Assembly: GCA_050331735.1 (NCBI GenBank)
Contig: JBHJGN010000027.1
Span: 1-49,647, forward strand
Direction of reading: 5' to 3'
From: Cyanophyceae cyanobacterium
GTDB taxonomy: Bacteria > Cyanobacteriota > Cyanobacteriia > Cyanobacteriales > JBHJGN01
Length of the DNA: 49,647 nt
Part shown: positions 18,201-26,802 of the stretch, one piece after another
How the letters are laid out: the number at the start of each line of letters is the position of its first letter
Position numbering within the stretch: position 1 is the stretch's first letter
Translations under genes and position numbers: made by a program
Notes under the pieces: generated by a model
Told to the model about the DNA's origin: nothing
Database searches by the model: none
What the model saw: the letters and a program-made list of their open reading frames with translations, nothing else

Positions 18201-20489
18201 GGGGCGGTCCAGCAATTTATTGAAGCCGGTTTAGAAGCTCAACAGCAGGAGCAGCGTCAAGCTCAGCAACGTTTGCGCCGCGCTCAAGCTACCGCCGTGC
18301 TGATCGGTTTTTTAGGACTAACCTCCCTTGGCCTTGGTGGTTTGGCCTATCGCCAAAAAGTGAGCGCCCAAATCGAGAAAATTGAGGCGCTTAATGCTTC
18401 CTCTGAGGCGCTGCTGTCCGGCCAGCAGCTTGAATCCCTGACCGCTAGCGTCAAAGCAGGACAGCAGCTCAACTCGATGAATGGATGGGCCCAAACACTG
18501 CTGGGTCGGAGCTGGACTCAAACGCAACTGAGAACAGCCAGTACGCTCCAGCAGGCCATTGATAGGACTCAAGAACTAAATCGTCTCGAGCGACATCACC
18601 AATCGGTTAATGCCGTCAGCTTCAGCCCAGACAGTCAGCTACTCGCCTCGGCCAGCGACGATCGTACAGTTCGTCTCTGGCGACGGGACGGGACTTTACT
18701 GGCCACCCTCACTCACGGTGAGACTGATGCTTCTGCTGTGGATGCTCGCGTGACCGGCGTTGCCTTTAGCCCCGATGGTCGCCTCCTCGCCGCTGCCAGT
18801 ACCGACCGAACGATCGCCCTTTGGCAGCTCGATCGTCAAGACCCGACAAAAGTCGTTCTTCTACAAACCTTCACTGGACACCGGGATTGGGTAACGAGCA
18901 TCCATTTCAGCCCCGACGCTCGGCTGCTAGCGACAACCAGTCGAGACGAAACCGTTAAGCTATGGAGTTTGAAGGGAACGCTCATCGATACCCTGACTGG
19001 GCATGAGGGCTGGGTGAATAGCGCAAGCTTCAGTGCAGACGGACAGACGTTAGCCTCCGCAGGAGAGGACAGCACCATCAAACTTTGGCAGCTCGATTCT
19101 GAGAAGCCGGCGAGTTTATTGAAAACCCTTGAGGGGCATCGCGATCGCATCACCAGCGTGGCCTTTAGCCCTGACCAGCATCTCGTCTCTGCCAGTGGCG
19201 ATGGCACGGTCAAAGTTTGGAATCTGGCGGCGGGAACGGCTCAGGTGTTCGTCGGAGATGAGGAAGGTCGCCCCCTCCGCGCCCAGGTGAACAGCGTCAG
19301 GTTTAGCCCAGATGGTCAGATAGTCGTTTCTGCCAGTGCCGACGGTCGCCTCAGTTGGTGGAATCGCGATGGGATTTTAATGAATACTCTAGCCGGACAT
19401 GGTGCGGAGATTCTGGATGTTGATTTTAGTCCAGACAGTACGATGCTCGCTTCCGCTAGTGCGGATAAAACAGTAAAACTCTGGGATGCGGCAATCCCTC
19501 TACCCAAGCAAGATAGCGGCACTAATAGCGTTCAGTTTAGCCCCGCCAATTCAGCCTTCGCCTCCGGAGACTGGCACGGGACCGTTAAGCTCTGGCATCC
19601 AAACGATGCGGGCACTTTAAAGTCTCTCAAAGGTCATCAGTCGGTCATCTCGGAGATCGCCTTTAGTCCGAAGGGCGATGTTTTGGCTTCTGCTAGCTGG
19701 GATCGCAGTATCAAACTCTGGCGAGTCGAAGATGGCACTCTCCTCACCACGCTCAGCGGACATGGCGATGGAGTGACTAGCGTTGCTCTGGCTGCGGCCA
19801 ATCCTCTAGATGGTTCCCTGCTGGCTTCCGGCAGTGATGATCGCACCATCAAGCTTTGGCAGGCTGTTGATGGTCAAGCCGAACTGTTACAGACTCTGGA
19901 AGGTCATGACGATGGCGTGGCTAGCGTCGCCTTAAGTCCTGACGGTCGCCTGGTGGCTTCTGGTAGCTACGATCGCACGATCAAGCTGTGGCGATTGGAT
20001 GGCACTCTTCTAAAAACGCTCAATCAACATGGACTGGCGATCGCTGACGTTAAATTTAGCCCAGATGGAGAAACCCTCGTTTCTGCTAGCTGGGACAACA
20101 CCCTCCGCATCTGGCAGATAGCTCAACACCAAAACAGTGTCCGAGTGCGGCTACGGCAGACGCTTTCAGGACACCAAGGCGGCGTTACCAGCATCGATTT
20201 TAGTCCCAGCGGGCAATTTTTAGTATCGAGTAGTGCAGACACCACCATCAAACTCTGGGATTTACAGACGGGTTTGCTGCTCAAGACCTTACGAGGACAT
20301 CGCGCCCCCGTTAAGAGCGTTAGTTTTAGTTCAGATGGTCAAGCCTTAGTCAGTGGAGATGAACACCAAGGAGTCAAGCTGTGGAATTTAGAGCTAGACG
20401 CTCTGTTACAGCGTGGCTGCGAACGGCTGACTTACTATCTCCGCACCAATCCAAATCTAGCAGAGCAAGAGCGCCAGTTATGTCAATAA
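15282..20489 (+). CDS. Caspase-family (C14) protease + degenerate caspase-like domain + STAND (nSTAND1-type) NTPase + TM + WD40 repeats
   Basis: FSGHG and DACHSG catalytic dyad; CPYMGLRAF..FYGR; Walker A GASGSGKSS; LVVDQFEELF; LPLLQF; hydrophobic helix near aa 1010-1025; many GH...FSPDG...SAS.D.T.KLW repeats. Confidence 0.92.
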   Translation: MCPVALSPAPSSLEEGIAKLWLLLVGVNHYQDASLPSLQYSALDCQGLGEAITEATQVFPQKSVLIHHDFAAHPPKLATVKSSLEQIAAAAQPQDTVLFYFSGHGILEPDSHQAVLCLADTSEQELLKTGLPLHELLQCLGECAARQQLVWLDACHSGGMTLRGARGERTRFDPTSQLVAVLRQRAAQSQGFYALLSCDHHQQSWEFPELGHGVFTYYLMRGLRGEAADAQGVIEADALYQYVYHQTLRYIDTTNQQIRLINQQKSSRGESQLQSEYPLQTPKRIVEGVGQVILGVRSPTDNFQSPRRALVVEGLPSQHTLALSKTLRRAGRFALEYWPRPGREWSEVREAIVDCLGAHRDSSAQCQTTKTMTGETTTVLLYLRGHIEETATGEAWLICGDGTRLSRSWLRQALRRSSISQQIVILDCPEGRALDDWVEDLRLNSEQGQCLMAGATPVAAPEQFAQALLQSLQAAEPQAGLPVAAWIAQLQIELAGTNLSPHIWLSGTQGVIEVLPSSTAKGEVGEIVDLGICPYMGLRAFSEEDTAYFYGRKALTQRLIAEFHHAALAVVGASGSGKSSVVQAGLIAQLRQGKQLPGSEQWWIRAVRPGSKPIAALSRRLVDPGTDKEQAYQQLQIEGLLYQGVEGFVRWLRVRPEPMVVLVVDQFEELFTLSAPPDRQRFLELVLGAVTHAGDRFKLVLCLRADFVAPCLEVPELAAILQHSSVLVPPYLIKEDYRQAIIKPAEQVGLQVEPGLVEVLLSELNHSAGDLPLLQFILEQLWERRQSGQLTLSAYQQLGGLKGALERQAQAVYESLDSEAQACARWIFLALTHLGEGTEDTRRRVPKSELAVTKYPAPLVERTLQNLTAAKLVIVNWEEKAVGQSRSVESESEPPLELSPQVTVEVVHEILIRHWSTLRWWLEENRARLRLQRQLEQSARLWSQSGQQADFLLRGVRLAEAEELYIKYTDELSGAVQQFIEAGLEAQQQEQRQAQQRLRRAQATAVLIGFLGLTSLGLGGLAYRQKVSAQIEKIEALNASSEALLSGQQLESLTASVKAGQQLNSMNGWAQTLLGRSWTQTQLRTASTLQQAIDRTQELNRLERHHQSVNAVSFSPDSQLLASASDDRTVRLWRRDGTLLATLTHGETDASAVDARVTGVAFSPDGRLLAAASTDRTIALWQLDRQDPTKVVLLQTFTGHRDWVTSIHFSPDARLLATTSRDETVKLWSLKGTLIDTLTGHEGWVNSASFSADGQTLASAGEDSTIKLWQLDSEKPASLLKTLEGHRDRITSVAFSPDQHLVSASGDGTVKVWNLAAGTAQVFVGDEEGRPLRAQVNSVRFSPDGQIVVSASADGRLSWWNRDGILMNTLAGHGAEILDVDFSPDSTMLASASADKTVKLWDAAIPLPKQDSGTNSVQFSPANSAFASGDWHGTVKLWHPNDAGTLKSLKGHQSVISEIAFSPKGDVLASASWDRSIKLWRVEDGTLLTTLSGHGDGVTSVALAAANPLDGSLLASGSDDRTIKLWQAVDGQAELLQTLEGHDDGVASVALSPDGRLVASGSYDRTIKLWRLDGTLLKTLNQHGLAIADVKFSPDGETLVSASWDNTLRIWQIAQHQNSVRVRLRQTLSGHQGGVTSIDFSPSGQFLVSSSADTTIKLWDLQTGLLLKTLRGHRAPVKSVSFSSDGQALVSGDEHQGVKLWNLELDALLQRGCERLTYYLRTNPNLAEQERQLCQ

Positions 20490-20553
20490 AGAGCTGAACA
20501 ACTCTTGTTCATCCAGTTGTTGATGATAGTTTGATATCAATCGCGAGCGTTTA

Positions 20554-20663
20554 ATACCAAATCCGGTTTAAATACCCCACTTAAAAATTAGGTAAGGCAG
20601 GAGGCAGACGGCAGAAGGGTTTGCAAAGGAAGGAAACAGGGGTTTGAGATGCGGATTTGGTAT
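20554..20663. mobile_element. MITE-like element with 12-bp terminal inverted repeats
   Basis: ATACCAAATCCG ... CGGATTTGGTAT; non-coding interior with GGCAG(A/G) short repeats. Confidence 0.55.
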
Positions 20664-20690
20664 AAGTCACCATGCACTCAGGGTGGAAAA

Positions 20691-20733
20691 CGTTTAGCTT
20701 GCTAAACGCAGCACCCGGAACTTCTTCCGGGTG
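20691..20733. terminator. Tandem hairpins just after the FecR-gene stop
   Basis: CGTTTAGC-tt-GCTAAACG and CACCCGGAA-cttc-TTCCGGGTG between convergent genes. Confidence 0.5.
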
Positions 20734-20738
20734 AACGT

Positions 20739-21692
20739 TTAGCGAGTATGCTCTATGCTCAAGTCCGGGTTACTCTGACAATAGTTACCGAGCCACAATA
20801 ATCCCGTCAAGGAGCGAAACGGAGTGACAAAAATATCGCTTTCTGGTAAACGGAGAATAATTTCCTCGGCTGGAACAGTTGCAGGCCACAGCCATTGCAG
20901 TAACGGAGATGCCTGAATCGCGCTCAAATTCAGACCACAAAACCCGCTCAGCCACGCGACTTGATTGCTTAAAGGAGCCAAGGCTTCATCCCGAACGGCA
21001 TTAATAGTGGCCTGCACTTCAGGGGATTCTTGAGCGACCAAATTCTCTTGTCCAGTCCCTAGCCCAGCGGCCAGTTCAATACTGTCGTAAAACATCGGCA
21101 GGATGAAGTATTCTACCAGTCCGACGATGCCGTTAGCAATCGAGACAAATTGACCCGCCCTGAGTTCAACGACAACTTCCCCTGCTTGATTAGTGACCGT
21201 CACCGGACCCATCGGACTATTCGTTAACACGCCCACTAGTGAGGCATTGCGACTCGCATCATGTTGAATAAACAGGGCTGTTCCCTGAGAAACGATGGTG
21301 GCTTGGGGAGTCGTAATGGTACTGGTTCCGATTCCCGGACGAATCATGACCAGCGCAGCACCGCTGACCAGTTCAAAGCGACGTTTCCCGGGGGGAAAGC
21401 GGAAAACGCTTCCTTCTCCAGTTCGCAGCAGTGTCCCTTCATTGAACAGTAATTCTGCCCGCGAACGAGCAGCCGTTCGGAGGGCATCCCCAGGAACCAT
21501 CGCATCACCAACGGCGGCGGCATTCCAAACTCCTTGGTTTTGTCGTTCTAACTCCACTTGATTTTCCTTTTTATAAATCTCGGCCCGAGTCAGCACCGAT
21601 TGAGCAACAGCGGGGGACAACCAGAAAGTCAATAAGATTCCGGTTGCTAATCCGTGAGATAAACCATTCTTTAAGCAGGTGAGCTGGTTCAT
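20739..21692 (-). CDS. FecR-domain secreted protein
   Basis: Signal peptide ending AVA|QS; GDALRTAARSRAELLFNEGTLLR.GEGSVF and ITTPQATIVSQGT match the FecR beta-domain pattern. Confidence 0.8.
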   Translation of the reverse strand: MNQLTCLKNGLSHGLATGILLTFWLSPAVAQSVLTRAEIYKKENQVELERQNQGVWNAAAVGDAMVPGDALRTAARSRAELLFNEGTLLRTGEGSVFRFPPGKRRFELVSGAALVMIRPGIGTSTITTPQATIVSQGTALFIQHDASRNASLVGVLTNSPMGPVTVTNQAGEVVVELRAGQFVSIANGIVGLVEYFILPMFYDSIELAAGLGTGQENLVAQESPEVQATINAVRDEALAPLSNQVAWLSGFCGLNLSAIQASPLLQWLWPATVPAEEIILRLPESDIFVTPFRSLTGLLWLGNYCQSNPDLSIEHTR

Positions 21693-21855
21693 TTGTCTTT
21701 TCCCTAGGTCTAAATTTACTGATTCAAGTACGACGGGGCTTCTTTTCAAGTCGCATCTCGACAGACTTTTAGCTTACTAGCGAAGGAGGGAGGGAGAAAA
21801 GCGATCGCTCTCCAACAGCTTCCTAGATCGTGTTGCCTAATGGCGCTCAGCTTCT

Positions 21856-22430
21856 CTATGTTGTTAAGCTAGCGCTGCCTCTCCACTCGTCTCCTGGGAA
21901 AGCCTCTGTCAGCGAAGCGGTTCCAACTAAGGGGATAGTTTCTAAAAAGCTGATTCGTCCTCGGTTATCACCGCGCAACGAGATATCGCCCCCAATCGCC
22001 GCATCAACATCCCCATCCCCATCAACATCGGCCAAACTGGGGGCGGCATAGAACCCTACGTCAACTCTATCAAAGGAGGTGTTGCCGCTTTGTTCAATCA
22101 ATTGTCCATTTTCGTTGCGATAATACTGCACTTTTCCAAATACTTCTCCAATGAGAGCATCGACCTTGCCATCCCCGTCTACATCGGAAAAGCTGGGGAA
22201 GCTGAAGTATCCCACATCAACGCCATTCAGCGGATTAAGAGTGCCGCCCCTCGCCGTAAAGCTGCCGTCGTTTTGATAGTAAGCCACGGTTCCGTCTGCT
22301 AGTCCAAGGAACGCATCCATGTCTTCATCTCGTTGCCGCTGATGGTGCTGTTGGCAAGGGTAAGAGAACTCAAATTATCAACACCATCGCCGCTGACGGT
22401 ACTGTTGGTCAGGGTCAAAATTCTGCATTT
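21856..22430 (-). pseudogene. Remnant of a large adhesin: FG-GAP/VCBS repeats plus LTLxNSTISGN beta-helix repeats
   Basis: DVDGDGKVDALIG and DVDGDGDVDAAIG repeats. The upstream out-of-frame fragment reads ILTLTNSTVSG...LTLANSTISGN. No signal peptide or proper start. Confidence 0.65.
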
Positions 22431-22710
22431 TGCTGAAAGCAGCGTACAGTAGTGGGTTTATGAAAAGCACCAAGACATCTCGATCCGCTCCCGATTACCT
22501 CAGCTAAATTTAGGCTTCAGTTTTACTAACTTTTTTAGAACCCGCAATCGCTCCGGCTGCAATTAATAAATCAAAGGTTTCTATGGCTAGCAGTTGAAAT
22601 ATTCCACCGGGAGGAATTCTATGTAGAATCACGTCTTGAATGTCATTCCTGCGGTGCGTCATATGCAGAATGTGGGGTTCAGCCCTACACTGATTGATTA
22701 CCCGCAAAGA

Positions 22711-22729
22711 TTTAACCTCAGCTTTAACT
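22711..22729 (+). promoter_or_regulatory. Possible Pho (SphR) box upstream of phoX
   Basis: TTTAACCT-cag-CTTTAACT resembles the cyanobacterial PyTTAAPyPy repeat; only two units are visible. Confidence 0.45.
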
Positions 22730-22786
22730 CCCTATGATAAGAAGCATTATCAAATGACAAATATGTAGAGAGAGCAGAACACTAGT

Positions 22787-25174
22787 ATGTCCAAGTTGAC
22801 TCGCAGAGAACTGCTGGCGTTTTTTGGCAGTTCCGCCGCCGCTACTTTATTGGCTCCGACCTTAAAAAGGCTGAGCGTTGCTCAAGCGGCTGAGGATGCA
22901 GTGCAGTTTACACCTGTACGCCTGCCCCACCCTCTGCCGATTTACACAGAACGAACCAGCTTTTTGGCAACAGGTATTGACCAAACAACGCTGCTAGAGC
23001 CTGCTGCTGATTTAAAATTGGAGAGCTATACCGTCATTGATGATGTGGTAGTGCCGCCAGAATACGATCGCTACGTGATTATTAGCTGGGGCGATCGCGT
23101 TTTCCCGAACGAAGAAGACTACTTTGGCTACAATAACGACTATACGGCGTTTGTGCCCCTGGGCGATCGCAGCGATGACGGCTATCTGTGGGTCAATCAC
23201 GAATACGTCTCCTACCCGATTTCTGCCCTCGCTCCAGGCGCTGCCACAGAATTGGCGGCTTTGCCCATAACCTATCCCCTGGCAATTGGGCGCGAACTCC
23301 CAAATACTAAAAATCTCGGACTCTTGGGCGAGTTTCTCTACAATTTGGGCGGTTCTGTAGTGCGGCTACGGCGGGATGAAAGCGGACGCTATCAAGTTCA
23401 GTCAGATTCTCAAAACCGTCGCCTTCACGGGCTTTCCGGGTTAGGAATTAATCGAGAGCGTACCGACGGCTACCAAAACGTGACGAGTTGGGGGTCTTTA
23501 AATTACCAGCAAGGAGACGACAACTATTTAACCAGTACCGGACCAGCCGCTCAAGATGTTTTCTCCCTAAGTAGTGATGGACTCGGCGACAGAATTATCG
23601 GGACAGCCTATAACTGTTCGGGGGGAACCACTCCGTGGGGAACGGTGCTGTCGGCAGAGGAAAACTTTCAGGCCAGTGAAGAGGCGTTTGTCGGCGTGAC
23701 CGAGGCAGTACAGCCCAACGGAACGCAGGTAGACTACATTGCCGGAACCACTGGCGCGACGTTTGGCTTGGTGGGCGAAAAATACGGCTGGATGGTGGAG
23801 CTAGCTCCGGCAGAACCCGGTTTCCGTCCTCGCAAGCATACTGCTTTAGGTCGCTTTCGCCATGAAAATGTTGCTTTGCGAGTCGAAGCCGGTCGTCCGC
23901 TGATTGCATACATGGGAGACGACAGACGCGGCGGACATACCTACAAGTTTGTCAGTACTGGAACCATCTCTTCCCCCACCGATAAAGATAATAGTCGCCT
24001 GTTTGAAGCGGGCACTCTGTATGCTGCTCGTTATCGTCCCGATGGAACCGGGGAATGGATTCCGCTGCTGTTGGAGACCCAGACAAACCCCATTGCCCCA
24101 ACAGTTCTTGCTTCCGTCGAACTAGATAGACTCGGTGCGGCGACCAAAAACGGTCTGCTCTTTCTCCCCAGTCGCGCTGAAATTACTGGGGAGACTGAAG
24201 GCGGTTTTGTTGCGGGAGGCGGTCCCTTTGAAGTTACTATCGAGAACGAAGACCAGTTGCTCCCTCAATACCAAGGAAAGACTCTTGGAGATTTCTACAC
24301 CACTCAGGGAGCTATATTAGTGGATGCTTTCCTGGCGGCCAATCTGATTGGGGCGACTCCGACTGCTCGTCCTGAAGATCTAGAAGTACATCCCCGTACT
24401 CAAGAAGTCTTAATTGCCTATACCGATGGCGCACCCGGAAGCGATGGCTATCCTGATTCCCGCATCTTTGTGGTTTCTAAATACAGCGAAGCTATTAACG
24501 AAGCTCAGCCTTCGGGAGCGATGTTTAAGATCGTTGAAGATAGCTCAGACGGCACCGGGACGACTTTCCGGTGGGAGCAACTTGCTAAAGGAGGAGAAGC
24601 TGGAACTGAAATTGGTCAGGGCTTTGCTAACGTTGATAATTTAGCTTTCGATGACCAATTGAATGTGTGGGGAGTTACTGATATGTCTACCAGCGCTCAC
24701 AATGGTTTCGATGTCGGCGTAGCGGGGGAAATTCTGCCGATTGAACATACCGTCGTTGGTGCTGAGTCCGCCAGCCGCATTACTTCCGACCTCAACGTGA
24801 AGACTTCTAATTTAGTCGGCGTGTTCGGCAACAATTTTCTCTTTGTTATCCCCACTCAGGGCGGAGATGCCGGTAAGATTGTGCCCTTTGCCTACGGACC
24901 GATGCGCTGTGAAATGACCGGACCAACTTTTGTTGGCGATACGCTGATTATTTCAGTGCAGCATCCCGGGGAAGATGTTCCCTTTACTCCGGCAGAAAAT
25001 CTCAGTCGAGAGCTGGAAATTCTCGATTTAGATGGCCGAAGCGTGTTTGTCCAACAGCGAACGATCTCTCGCGGCAGTAATTGGCCCAGTAATATTCAAG
25101 GCGATCGCCAAGGTCCACCCAAACCCTCGGTGATTGGCATTACTCGCAAGCAGTCGAACGGTCGTTTCATTTGA
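22787..25174 (+). CDS. phoX: PhoX-family alkaline phosphatase, Tat-exported
   Basis: Tat motif TRRELL; GYNND, NHEY, NCSGGTTPWGT.LSAEEN, GRFRHE, RPED, DN, EMTGP and QHPGE motifs. Confidence 0.92.
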   Translation: MSKLTRRELLAFFGSSAAATLLAPTLKRLSVAQAAEDAVQFTPVRLPHPLPIYTERTSFLATGIDQTTLLEPAADLKLESYTVIDDVVVPPEYDRYVIISWGDRVFPNEEDYFGYNNDYTAFVPLGDRSDDGYLWVNHEYVSYPISALAPGAATELAALPITYPLAIGRELPNTKNLGLLGEFLYNLGGSVVRLRRDESGRYQVQSDSQNRRLHGLSGLGINRERTDGYQNVTSWGSLNYQQGDDNYLTSTGPAAQDVFSLSSDGLGDRIIGTAYNCSGGTTPWGTVLSAEENFQASEEAFVGVTEAVQPNGTQVDYIAGTTGATFGLVGEKYGWMVELAPAEPGFRPRKHTALGRFRHENVALRVEAGRPLIAYMGDDRRGGHTYKFVSTGTISSPTDKDNSRLFEAGTLYAARYRPDGTGEWIPLLLETQTNPIAPTVLASVELDRLGAATKNGLLFLPSRAEITGETEGGFVAGGGPFEVTIENEDQLLPQYQGKTLGDFYTTQGAILVDAFLAANLIGATPTARPEDLEVHPRTQEVLIAYTDGAPGSDGYPDSRIFVVSKYSEAINEAQPSGAMFKIVEDSSDGTGTTFRWEQLAKGGEAGTEIGQGFANVDNLAFDDQLNVWGVTDMSTSAHNGFDVGVAGEILPIEHTVVGAESASRITSDLNVKTSNLVGVFGNNFLFVIPTQGGDAGKIVPFAYGPMRCEMTGPTFVGDTLIISVQHPGEDVPFTPAENLSRELEILDLDGRSVFVQQRTISRGSNWPSNIQGDRQGPPKPSVIGITRKQSNGRFI

Positions 25175-25327
25175 GGCCCAGCAGCGATCGCTCTTGCAGT
25201 TCATTGTGGGGCGATCGCTTGATTGCAATTCCGGCCAGTGGAGCTACAGATGTACTGTGTGGGGAAAAGGTTAACGGCCTGTTCAAACGACCAATTATTC
25301 TGAAGGAGAATATTTCGGCACTGACGT

Positions 25328-25939
25328 TCATTGCTCGTCCCAGGCTAAGACGAGTAAAGCATTCAAAATAGCTGCGGCGACTGACGATCCTCCTTTTCGT
25401 CCTTCTACCCGAATCTGCGCGACGGGCGTTTGAGCCAGCACCTGTTTTGATTCGACTACCGAGACAAATCCCACCGGTGCGCCAACGATCAATCCCGGCT
25501 TTGCCCCAGAATTAGCCACTTGGGTACACAGAGCAAGTAGGGCTGTCGGAGCATTCCCAATCACGTAAATTCCGTGAGGATAGCGCTCAAAGCATTGCAG
25601 CATCCCTGTTTCGGTGCGCGTTTTGCCGGGAAGGGCGGCTGATACCTGTTCAACAGCGGCAATTAGAGGGTTATCAAAGGTTCTAGCGACGAGGGACGCG
25701 ACTCCCTGCTTAACCATGCCGACATCGGTGATGATCGGCACTTGGCGGCGCAGGCAGGCTACTCCAGAAGCGATCGCCCCTGGACTAAACCGCAGTAGGC
25801 TCGCAAACTCGAAATCGGCAGTGGCATGAATGACTCGGCGAGCGATCGCATATTCCGCCGGACTAAAATGATGTTCGTCCAACTCCCGAGCGATAATGGC
25901 AAAACTTTCTTCTAGGATCGGATGATTTAGCTTACTCAC
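25328..25939 (-). CDS. cobH: Precorrin-8X / cobalt-precorrin-8 methylmutase
   Basis: RRVIHATADF, IGNAPTAL, PVGFV, GRKGGS motifs. Confidence 0.92.
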   Translation of the reverse strand: MSKLNHPILEESFAIIARELDEHHFSPAEYAIARRVIHATADFEFASLLRFSPGAIASGVACLRRQVPIITDVGMVKQGVASLVARTFDNPLIAAVEQVSAALPGKTRTETGMLQCFERYPHGIYVIGNAPTALLALCTQVANSGAKPGLIVGAPVGFVSVVESKQVLAQTPVAQIRVEGRKGGSSVAAAILNALLVLAWDEQ

Positions 25940-25966
25940 GCTCCCAAGATTGCTGATTGTTCATAA

Positions 25967-26734
25967 TTAATTTCCTTGGAGATTCACCTCTGGCCAATGG
26001 GGGTCTCGATAGTAGCGCATCATATCGTCAAACTTCCGCAGTTGAGCTTGATGAACCGCGAGTATCTGGGGCTCAGTTCCAAGCCATTGCTCGTTGAAGC
26101 TGAGGATAGTTTCTAGGAGGCGATCGCCTGTTCCATCGGCAGCTTCGCTAAAGTAGCCTAGCGTAATATGCGCTGTAAAATGGTACTGTTGCTCAATTCC
26201 TAAACCGATTAGCTCGGCGTTTTGGTAGATAGAGCGACGGATCTGCAAGATCTCCTCGTAGCTGCGTTCGTCTTTCGGCACCAGATAAACGGCCACGGAA
26301 CGGGGTCTTACCATTAATCCCAGTAACTGCCAGTCCACTGAACCTGCTGAAGACTGATAGGAACGAAAACTTTTCTCAATCTGTTGACGGAGCTGTGCTT
26401 CAAACCCGCTATTTTCTCGCACTGCCGCTTGGTAATCGCTGTTCCAGATTAAATCGGCGATGGTGAAATGAAAGCTGCCTGGTGGTACGGGAACGATTAC
26501 TCGCTGAAGCTGCTGTACGAGTTGCTGCTGAGTGGCTTCTAAGGCACTGTAGAAGGCAGAGTTTTTAGAATCGTCACGCCACGGAGGAGTAATTACGCTG
26601 TAGCCGGGGAAAGCGACGGCTTGGCCATCTTTAAATTTAGGAGACGATTGAATGCTTTGCAGTTGGGTTCTGTAGCTCTCTGGTAGCGTTAGCCTCGCCA
26701 CTCGATTGACATAAGCCTGATAAGTTTCGTCCAA
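25967..26734 (-). CDS. DUF1868 / 2H phosphoesterase family protein
   Basis: FPGYSVI motif; two HxT motifs (FHFTI, AHITLGY). Confidence 0.8.
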   Translation of the reverse strand: MDETYQAYVNRVARLTLPESYRTQLQSIQSSPKFKDGQAVAFPGYSVITPPWRDDSKNSAFYSALEATQQQLVQQLQRVIVPVPPGSFHFTIADLIWNSDYQAAVRENSGFEAQLRQQIEKSFRSYQSSAGSVDWQLLGLMVRPRSVAVYLVPKDERSYEEILQIRRSIYQNAELIGLGIEQQYHFTAHITLGYFSEAADGTGDRLLETILSFNEQWLGTEPQILAVHQAQLRKFDDMMRYYRDPHWPEVNLQGN

Positions 26735-26802
26735 ACTATTGCCTCCCGCGTCTAAAAAACATCTACGATAGATTTTTGGTGGTTCGTCCCTGATCCGTTC
26801 TT

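Noticed and set aside
18580..20390. DNA-level repeats as an array or diversifying region
   Set aside because: Ordinary divergent WD40 coding repeats.
22510..22707. 65-aa ORF upstream of phoX
   Set aside because: No recognisable motif or RBS in any frame.
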